A stretch of 64,000 nt of DNA from the human T2T-CHM13v2.0 reference genome, Homo sapiens. The translations under genes were made by a program, and so were the position numbers. Positions 26,339 through 37,042 of the stretch are shown here, piece after piece. The notes under the pieces are model-generated. The model saw nothing but the letters and a program-made list of their open reading frames with translations. It was not told the DNA's origin and searched no databases. Every line of letters starts with the position of its first letter. Positions within the stretch are counted from its first letter, which is position 1. The stretch lies in assembly GCF_009914755.1 (NCBI RefSeq), contig NC_060945.1; one strand, 5' to 3'.

Positions 26339-27866
26339 CTCGTTTTTATGGGAAGATACTTACTTTTCCACCGTAGGCATCAAAGCGCTCCAAATGTCCA
26401 CATCCAGATACTCCAGAACGAGTGTTTCAAACCTGCTCTATGAAAGGGAATCTTCAACTCTATGAGTTGAATGCAGACATCAGAAAGAAATTTCTGAGAA
26501 TGCTGCTGTCTACCTTTTATTTGAATTCCCGCTTCCAACGAAATCCTCCAAGCTATCCAAATATCCACCTGCATTTTCCACAACAAGAGTGTTTCAAAAC
26601 TGCTCTATCAATAGAAATGTTCAACTCCTTTGGCTGGGTACACACATCACAAACAAGTTTCTGAGAATGCTTCTGTCTAGTTTTTATGGGAAGACGTTCC
26701 CTTTTTCACCAAAGGCATCCAAGCGCTCCAAATGTCCACATCCAGATACTCCAGAAAGAGTGTTTCAAACCTGCTCTATGAAAGGGAATCTTCAACTCTA
26801 TGAGTTGAATGCAGACATCAGAAAGAAATTTCTGAGAATGCTGCTGTCTACCTTTTATTTGAATTCCCGCTTCCAACGAAATCCTCCAAGCTATCCAAAT
26901 ATCCACTTGCAGATTCCACAAAAAGAGTGTTTCAAAACTGCTCTCTATCAATGGCAAAGTTCAACTCTGTTAGTTGAGGACACATATCACCAACAAGTTT
27001 CTGAGAATGCTTCTGTCTATTTTTTATGGGAAGATATTTCCTTTTTCACCGTAGGCGTCAAGGCGATCGAAATGTCCACTTCCACAAACTACAAAAAGAG
27101 TGTTTCAAACCTGCTCTATGAAAGGCCATGTTCATCTCTATGAGTTGAATGGAAATATCCGAAAGAAATTTCTGGGAATGCTGCTGTCTAGTGTTTATAC
27201 GAATTCCCGCTTCCAACGAAATCCTCAAAGCAATCCAAATATCCACTTGCAGAATCCACAAAAAGAGTGTTTCAAAACTGCTCTATCAATAGAAAGGTTC
27301 AACTCTTTTAGTTGAGTACACACATCACGAACAAGTTTCTGAGAATGCTTCTGTCTGGCTTTTATTGGAAGACGTTTCCTTTTCAACAAAGGCATCAAAG
27401 CGCTCCAAATGTCCACTTCCAGATTCTTCCAAAAGAGTGTTTCAAACGTGCTCAAAGTAAGGGAATGTTCAACTCTGTGACTTGAATGCAGATATCACCA
27501 AGTAGTTTCTAATAGTGCTTCTGCCTACATTTTAGATGATGATATTCCCTTTTCCAACGAAATCGTTAGAGCTATCCAAATATCCAGTTACAGTTTCTAC
27601 CAAAAGGGTGTTTCCAAATTGCTGCATCAAAAGAAAGGTTCAACTCTGTTAGTTGAGGACACACATCACAAAGAAGTTTGTGAGAATGCTTCTGTCTAGA
27701 TTTTGTATGACGATATTCCCTTTTCCAACGATATCGTTAAAGCAATCTAAATATCAATTTGCAGAATCCACAAAAATAGAGTTTCAAAGCTGCTCTGTAA
27801 AAAGAAAGGTTCCACTCTGTTAGCTGAGTACACACATCACAAACTTGTTTCTGAGAATCCTTCTGT
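26339..27866 (-). repeat. 9-mer HOR variant
   Basis: 1,528-bp spacing; same junction at ~26714-26726. Confidence 0.93.
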
Positions 27867-29736
27867 CTCGTTTTTATGGGAAGACATTTACTTTTCCACC
27901 GTAGGCATCAAAGCGCTCCAAATGTCCACATCCAGATACTCCAGAACGAGTGTTTCAAACCTGCTCTATGAAAGGGAATCTTCAACTCTATGAGTTGAAT
28001 GCAGACATCAGAAAGAAATTTCTGAGAATGCTGCTGTCTACCTTTTATTTGAATTCCCGCTTCCAACGAAATCCTCCAAGCTATCCAAATATCCACCTGC
28101 ATTTTCCACAAAAAGAGTGTTTCAAAACTGCTCTATCAATAGAAATGTTCAACTCCTTTGGCTGGGTACACACATCACAAACAAGTTTCTGAGAATGCTT
28201 CTGTCTAGTTTTTATGGGAAGACATTCCCTTTTTCACCAAAGACATCAAAGCGCTCCAAATGTCCACTTCCAGACACTACAAAAAGAGTGTTTCAAACGT
28301 GCTCTAAGAAAGCGAATGTTCAACTCTGTGACTTGAATGCAGATATCACAAAGTAGTTTCTGAGAGGGCTTCTGTCTAGATTTTAGATGATGATATTCCC
28401 GTTTCCAACGAAATCATTAGAGCTATCCAAATATCCACTTACAGTTTCTACAAAAAGAGTGTTTCCAAACTGCTGCATCAAAAGAGAGGTTCCACTCTGT
28501 TAGCCGAGTACACACATCACAAACTTGTTTCTCAGAATCCTTCTGTCTCGTTTTTATGGGAAGATATTTACTTTTTCACCGTAGGCATCAAAGCGCTCCA
28601 AATGTCCACATCCAGATACTCCAGAAAGAGTGTTTCAAACCTGCTCTATGAAAGGGAATCTTCAACTCTATGAGTTGAATGCAGACATCAGAAAGAAATT
28701 TCTGAGAATGCTGCTGTCTACCTTTTATTTGAATTCCCGCTTCCAACGAAATCCTCCAAGCTATCCAAATATCCACTTGCAGATTCCACAAAAAGAGTGT
28801 TTCAAAACTGCTCTCTATCAATGGCAAAGTTCAACTCTGTTAGTTGAGGACACATATCACCAACAAGTTTCTGAGAATGCTTCTGTCTATTTTTTATGGG
28901 AAGATATTTCCTTTTTCACCGTAGGCGTCAAGGCGATCGAAATGTCCACTTCCACAAACTACAAAAAGAGTGTTTCAAACCTGCTCTATGAAAGGCCATG
29001 TTCATCTCTATGAGTTGAATGGAAATATCCGAAAGAAATTTCTGGGAATGCTGCTGTCTAGTGTTTATACGAATTCCCGCTTCCAACGTAATCCTCAAAG
29101 CAATCCAAATATCCACTTGCAGAATCCACAAAAAGAGTGTTTCAAAACTGCTCTATCAATAGAAAGGTTCAACTCTTTTAGTTGAGTACACACATCACGA
29201 ACAAGTTTCTGAGAATGCTTCTGTCTGGCTTTTATTGGAAGACGTTTCCTTTTCACCAAAGGCATCAAAGCGCTCCAAATGTCCACTTCCAGATTCTTCC
29301 AAAAGAGTGTTTCAAACGTGCTCAAAGTAAGGGAATGTTCAACTCTGTGACTTGAATGCAGATATCACCAAGTAGTTTCTAATAGTGCTTCTGTCTACAT
29401 TTTAGATGATGATATTCCCGTTTCCAACGAAATCGCTAGAGCTATCCAAATATCCAGTTACAGTTTCTACCAAAAGGGTGTTTCCAAATTGCTGCATCAA
29501 AAGAAAGGTTCAACTCTGTTAGTTGAGGACACACATCACAAAGAAGTTTGTGAGAATGCTTCTGTCTAGATTTTGTATGACGATATTCCCTTTTCCAACG
29601 ATATCGTTAAAGCAATCTAAATATCAATTTGCAGAATCCACAAAAATAGAGTTTCAAAGCTGCTCTGTAAAAAGAAAGGTTCCACTCTGTTAGCTGAGTA
29701 CACACATCACAAACTTGTTTCTCAGAATCCTTCTGT

Positions 29737-31264
29737 CTCGTTTTTATGGGAAGATACTTACTTTTCCACCGTAGGCATCAAAGCGCTCCAAATGTCCACA
29801 TCCAGATACTCCAGAACGAGTGTTTCAAACCTGCTCTATGAAAGGGAATCTTCAACTCTATGAGTTGAATGCAGACATCAGAAAGAAATTTCTGAGAATG
29901 CTGCTGTCTACCTTTTATTTGAATTCCCGCTTCCAACGAAATCCTCCAAGCTATCCAAATATCCACCTGCATTTTCCACAACAAGAGTGTTTCAAAACTG
30001 CTCTATCAATAGAAATGTTCAACTCCTTTGGCTGGGTACACACATCACAAACAAGTTTCTGAGAATGCTTCTGTCTAGTTTTTATGGGAAGACGTTCCCT
30101 TTTTCACCAAAGGCATCCAAGCGCTCCAAATGTCCACATCCAGATACTCCAGAAAGAGTGTTTCAAACCTGCTCTATGAAAGGGAATCTTCAACTCTATG
30201 AGTTGAATGCAGACATCAGAAAGAAATTTCTGAGAATGCTGCTGTCTACCTTTTATTTGAATTCCCGCTTCCAACGAAATCCTCCAAGCTATCCAAATAT
30301 CCACTTGCAGATTCCACAAAAAGAGTGTTTCAAAACTGCTCTCTATCAATGGCAAAGTTCAACTCTGTTAGTTGAGGACACATATCACCAACAAGTTTCT
30401 GAGAATGCTTCTGTCTATTTTTTATGGGAAGATATTTCCTTTTTCACCGTAGGCGTCAAGGCGATCGAAATGTCCACTTCCACAAACTACAAAAAGAGTG
30501 TTTCAAACCTGCTCTATGAAAGGCCATGTTCATCTCTATGAGTTGAATGGAAATATCCGAAAGAAATTTCTGGGAATGCTGCTGTCTAGTGTTTATACGA
30601 ATTCCCGCTTCCAACGAAATCCTCAAAGCAATCCAAATATCCACTTGCAGAATCCACAAAAAGAGTGTTTCAAAACTGCTCTATCAATAGAAAGGTTCAA
30701 CTCTTTTAGTTGAGTACACACATCACGAACAAGTTTCTGAGAATGCTTCTGTCTGGCTTTTATTGGAAGACGTTTCCTTTTCAACAAAGGCATCAAAGCG
30801 CTCCAAATGTCCACTTCCAGATTCTTCCAAAAGAGTGTTTCAAACGTGCTCAAAGTAAGGGAATGTTCAACTCTGTGACTTGAATGCAGATATCACCAAG
30901 TAGTTTCTAATAGTGCTTCTGCCTACATTTTAGATGATGATATTCCCTTTTCCAACGAAATCGTTAGAGCTATCCAAATATCCAGTTACAGTTTCTACCA
31001 AAAGGGTGTTTCCAAATTGCTGCATCAAAAGAAAGGTTCAACTCTGTTAGTTGAGGACACACATCACAAAGAAGTTTGTGAGAATGCTTCTGTCTAGATT
31101 TTGTATGACGATATTCCCTTTTCCAACGATATCGTTAAAGCAATCTAAATATCAATTTGCAGAATCCACAAAAATAGAGTTTCAAAGCTGCTCTGTAAAA
31201 AGAAAGGTTCCACTCTGTTAGCTGAGTACACACATCACAAACTTGTTTCTGAGAATCCTTCTGT
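29737..31264 (-). repeat. 9-mer HOR variant (last one in the window)
   Basis: 1,528-bp spacing; same junction at ~30112-30124. Confidence 0.93.
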
Positions 31265-33474
31265 CTCGTTTTTATGGGAAGACATTTACTTTTCCACCGT
31301 AGGCATCAAAGCGCTCCAAATGTCCACATCCAGATACTCCAGAACGAGTGTTTCAAACCTGCTCTATGAAAGGGAATCTTCAACTCTATGAGTTGAATGC
31401 AGACATCAGAAAGAAATTTCTGAGAATGCTGCTGTCTACCTTTTATTTGAATTCCCGCTTCCAACGAAATCCTCCAAGCTATCCAAATATCCACTTGCAT
31501 TTTCCACAAAAAGAGTGTTTCAAAACTGCTCTATCAATAGAAATGTTCAACTCCTTTGGCTGGGTACACACATCACAAACAAGTTTCTGAGAATGCTTCT
31601 GTCTAGTTTTTATGGGAAGACGTTCCCTTTTTCACCAAAGGCATCAAAGCGCTCCAAATGTCCACTTCCAGACACTACAAAAAGAGTGTTTCCAACGTGC
31701 TCTAAGAAAGCGAATGTTCAACTCTGTGACTTGAATGCAGATATCACAAAGTAGTTTCTGAGAGGGCTTCTGTCTAGATTTTAGATGATGATATTCCCGT
31801 TTCCAACGAAATCATTAGAGCTATCCAAATATCCACTTACAGTTTCTACAAAAAGAGTGTTTCCAAACTGCTGCATCAAAAGAGAGGTTCCACTCTGTTA
31901 GCTGAGTACACACATCACAAACTTGTTTCTGAGAATCCTTCTGTCTCGTTTTTATGGGAAGATATTTACTTTTTCACCGTAGGCATCAAAGCGCTCCAAA
32001 TGTCCTCATCCAGATACTCCAGAAAGAGTGTTTCAAACCTGCTCTATGAAAGGGAATCTTCAACTCTATGAGTTGAATGCAGACATCAGAAAGAAATTTC
32101 TGAGAATGCTGCTGTCTACCTTTTATTTGAATTCCCGCTTCCAACGAAATCCTCCAAGCTATCCAAATATCCACTTGCAGATTCCACAAAAAGAGTGTTT
32201 CAAAACTGCTCTCTATCAATAGAAAGGTTCAACTCTGTTAGTTGAGGACACATATCACCAACAAGTTTCTGAGAATGCTTCTGTCTATTTTTTATGGGAA
32301 GATATTTCCTTTTTCACCGTAGGCGTCAAGGCGATCGAAATGTCCACTTCCACAAACTACAAAAAGAGTGTTTCAAACCTGCTCTATGAAAGGCCATGTT
32401 CATCTCTATGAGTTGAATGGATATATCCGAAAGAAATTTCTGGGAATGCTGCTGTCTAGTTTTTATACGAATTCCCGCTTCCAACGAAATCCTCCAAGCT
32501 ATCCAAATATCCACTTGCAGATTCCACAAAAAGAGTGTTTCAAAACTGCTCTCTATCAATAGAAAGGTTCAACTCTGTTAGTTGAGGACACATATCACCA
32601 ACAAGTTTCTGAGAATGCTTCTGTCTATTTTTTATGGGAAGATATTTCCTTTTTCACCGTAGGCGTCAAGGCGATCGAAATGTCCACTTCCACAAACTAC
32701 AAAAAGAGTGTTTCAAACCTGCTCTATGAAAGGCCATGTTCATCTCTATGAGTTGAATGGAAATATCCGAAAGAAATTTCTGGGAATGCTGCTGTCTAGT
32801 GTTTATACGAATTCCCGCTTCCAACGAAATCCTCAAAGCAATCCAAATATCCACTTGCAGAATCCACAAAAAGAGTGTTTCAAAACTGCTCTATCAATAG
32901 AAAGGTTCAACTCTTTTAGTTGAGTACACACATCACGAACAAGTTTCTGAGAATGCTTCTGTCTGGCTTTTATTGGAAGACGTTTCCTTTTCACCAAAGG
33001 CATCAAAGCGCTCCAAATGTCCACTTCCAGATTCTTCCAAAAGAGTGTTTCAAACGTGCTCAAAGTAAGGGAATGTTCAACTCTGTGACTTGAATGCAGA
33101 TATCACCAAGTAGTTTCTAATAGTGCTTCTGTCTACATTTTAGATGATGATATTCCCGTTTCCAACGAAATCGTTAGAGCTATCCAAATATCCAGTTACA
33201 GTTTCTACCAAAAGGGTGTTTCCAAATTGCTGCATCAAAAGAAAGGTTCAACTCTGTTAGCTGAGGACACACATCACAAAGAAGTTTGTGAGAATGCTTC
33301 TGTCTAGATTTTGTATGACGATATTCCCTTTTCCAACGATATCGTTAAAGCAATCTAAATATCAATTTGCAGAATCCACAAAAATAGAGTTTCAAAGCTG
33401 CTCTGTAAAAAGAAAGGTTCCACTCTGTTAGCTGAGTACACACATCACAAACTTGTTTCTGAGAATCCTTCTGT
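31265..33474 (-). repeat. 13-mer HOR variant (2,210 bp) with a tandem duplication of the 340-bp dimer
   Basis: Anchor spacing 31306 to 33516 is 2,210 bp. EcoRI sites at 32129, 32469 and 32809. The ggcgtcaaggcgatcg monomer occurs twice (~32322 and ~32662). Confidence 0.92.
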
Positions 33475-35343
33475 CTCGTTTTTATGGGAAGATATTTACT
33501 TTTCCACCGTAGGCATCAAAGCGCTCCAAATGTCCACATCCAGATACTCCAGAAAGAGTGTTTCAAACCTGCTCTATGAAAGGGAATCTTCAACTCTATG
33601 AGTTGAATGCAGACATCAGAAAGAAATTTCTGAGAATGCTGCTGTCTACCTTTTATTTGAATTCCCGCTTCCAACGATATCCTCCAAGCTATCCAAATAT
33701 CCACTTGCATTTTCCACAAAAAGAGTGTTTCAAAACTGCTCTATCAATAGAAATGTTCAACTCCTTTGGCTGGGTACACACATCACAAACAAGTTTCTGA
33801 GAATGCTTCTGTCTAGTTTTTATGGGAAGACGTTCCCTTTTTCACCAAAGGCATCAAAGCGCTCCAAATGTCCACTTCCAGACACTACAAAAAGAGTGTT
33901 TCCAACGTGCTCTAAGAAAGCGAATGTTCAACTCTGTGACTTGAATGCAGATATCACAAAGTAGTTTCTGAGAGGGCTTCTGTCTAGATTTTAGATGATG
34001 ATATTCCCGTTTCCAACGAAATCATTAGAGCTATCCAAATATCCACTTACAGTTTCTACAAAAAGAGTGTTTCCAAACTGCTGCATCAAAAGAGAGGTTC
34101 CACTCTGTTAGCTGAGTACACACATCACAAACTTGTTTCTCAGAATCCGTCTGTCTCGTTTTTATGGGAAGATATTTACTTTTTCACCGTAGGCATCAAA
34201 GCGCTCCAAATGTCCACATCCAGATACTACAGAAAGAGTGTTTCAAACCTGCTCTATGAAAGGGAATCTTCAACTCTATGAGTTGAATGCAGACATCAGA
34301 AAGAAATTTCTGAGAATGCTGCTGTCTACCTTTTATTTGAATTCCCGCTTCCAACGAAATCCTCCAAGCTATCCAAATATCCACTTGCAGATTCCACAAA
34401 AAGAGTGTTTCTAAACTGCTCTCTATCAATGGCAAAGTTCAACTCTGTTAGTTGAGGACACATATCACCAACAAGTTTCTGAGAATGCTTCTGTCTATTT
34501 TTTATGGGAAGATATTTCCTTTTTCACCGTAGGCGTCAAGGCGATCGAAATGTCCACTTCCACAAACTACAAAAAGAGTGTTTCAAACCTGCTCTATGAA
34601 AGGCCATGTTCATCTCTATGAGTTGAATGGAAATATCCGAAAGAAATTTCTGGGAATGCTGCTGTCTAGTGTTTATACGAATTCCCGCTTCCAACGAAAT
34701 CCTCAAAGCAATCCAAATATCCACTTGCAGAATCCACAAAAAGAGTGTTTCAAAACTGCTCTATCAATAGAAAGGTTCATCTCTTTTAGTTGAGTACACA
34801 CATCACGAACAAGTTTCTGAGAATGCTTCTGTCTGGCTTTTATTGGAAGATGTTTCCTTTTCACCAAAGGCATCAAAGCGCTCCAAATGTCCACTTCCAG
34901 ATTCTTCCAAAAGAGTGTTTCAAACGTGCTCAAAGTAAGGGAATGTTCAACTCTGTGACTTGAATGCAGATATCACCAAGTAGTTTCTAATAGTGCTTCT
35001 GTCTACATTTTGATGATGATATTCCCGTTTCCAACGAAATCGTTAGAGCTATCCAAATATGCAGTTACAGTTTCTACAAAAAGAGTGTTTCCAAACTGCT
35101 GCATCAAAAGAAAGGTTCAACTCTGTTAGTTGAGGACACACATCACAAAGAAGTTTGTGAGAATGCTTCTGTCTAGATTTTGTATGACGATATTCCCTTT
35201 TCCAACGATATCGTTAAAGCAATCTAAATATCAATTTGCAGAATCCACAAAAATAGAGTTTCAAAGCTGCTCTGTAAAAAGAAAGTTTCCACTCTGTTAG
35301 CTGAGTACACACATCACAAACTTGTTTCTGAGAATCCTTCTGT

Positions 35344-37042
35344 CTCGTTTTTATGGGAAGATATTTACTTTTTCACCGTAGGCATCAAAGCGCTCCAAAT
35401 GTCCACATCCAGATACTCCAGAAAGACTGTTTCAAACCTGCTCTATGAAAGGGAATCTTCAACTCTATGAGTTGAATGCAGACATCAGAAAGAAATTTCT
35501 GAGAATGCTGCTGTCTACCTTTTATTTGAATTCCCGCTTCCAACGAAATCCTCCAAGCTATCCAAATATCCACTTGCATTTTCCACAAAAAGAGTGTTTC
35601 AAAACTGCTCTATCAATAGAAATGTTCAACTCCTTTAGCTGGGTACACACATCACAAACAAGTTTCTGAGAATGCTTCTGTCTAGTTTTTATGGGAAGAC
35701 ATTCCCTTTTTCACCAAAGACATCAAAGCGCTCCAAATGTCCACTTCCAGACACTACAAAAAGAGTGTTTCAAACGTGCTCTAAGAAAGCGAATGTTCAA
35801 CTCTGTGACTTGAATGCAGATATCACAAAGTAGTTTCTGAGAGGGCTTCTGTCTAGATTTTAGATGATGATATTCCCGTTTCCAACGAAATCATTAGAGC
35901 TATCCAAATATCCACTTACAGTTTCTACAAAAAGAGTGTTTCCAAACTGCTGCATCAAAAGAGAGGTTCCACTCTGTTAGCTGAGTACACACATCACAAA
36001 CTTGTTTCTCAGAATCCTTCTGTCTCGTTTTTATGGGAAGATATTTACTTTTTCACCGTAGGCATCAAAGCGCTCCAAATGTCCACATCCAGATAATCCA
36101 GAAAGAGTGTTTCAAACCTGCTCTATGAAAGGGAATCTTCAACTCTATGAGTTGAATGCAGACATCAGAAAGAAATTTCTGAGAATGCTGCTGTCTACCT
36201 TTTATTTGAATTCCCGCTTCCAACGAAATCCTCCAAGCTATCCAAATATCCACTTGCAGATTCCACAAAAAGAGTGTTTCAAAACTGCTCTCTATCAATG
36301 GCAAAGTTCAACTCTGTTAGTTGAGGACACATATCACCAACAAGTTTCTGAGAATGCTTCTGTCTATTTTTTATGGGAAGATATTTCCTTTTTCACCGTA
36401 GGCGTCAAGGCGATCGAAATGTCCACTTCCACAAACTACAAAATGAGTGTTTCAAACCTGCTCTATGAAAGGCCATGTTCATCTCTATGAGTTGAATGGA
36501 AATATCCGAAAGAAATTTCTGGGAATGCTGCTGTCTAGTGTTTATACGAATTCCCGCTTCCAACGAAATCCTCAAAGCAATCCAAATATCCACTTGCAGA
36601 ATCCACAAAAAGAGTGTTTCAAAACTGCTCTATCAATAGAAAGGTTCAACTCTTTTAGTTGAGTACACACATCACAAACAAGTTTCTGAGAATGCTTCTG
36701 TCTGGCTTTTATTGGAAGACGTTTCCTTTTCACCAAAGGCATCAAAGCGCTCCAAATGTCCACTTCCAGACACTACAAAAAGAGTGTTTCAAACGTGCTC
36801 TAAGAAAGCAAATGTTGAACTCTGTGACTTGAATGCAGATATCACAAAGTAGTTTCTGAGAGTGCTTCTGTCTAGATTTTAGATGATGATATTCCCTTTT
36901 CCAACGAAATCATTAGAGCTATCCAAATATCCACTTACAGTTTCTACAAAAAGAGTGTTTCCAAACTGCTGCATCAAAAGAGAGGTTCCACTCTGTTAGC
37001 TGAGTACACACATCACAAACTTGTTTCTCAGAATCCTTCTGT
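35344..37042 (-). repeat. Rearranged 10-monomer interval (1,699 bp), equivalent to a 6-mer (1,019 bp) followed by a 4-mer (680 bp)
   Basis: The monomer marker ccagacactac recurs at ~35751, ~36770 and ~37450. The cgatatcgttaaagc monomer is absent from this interval. Confidence 0.85.
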
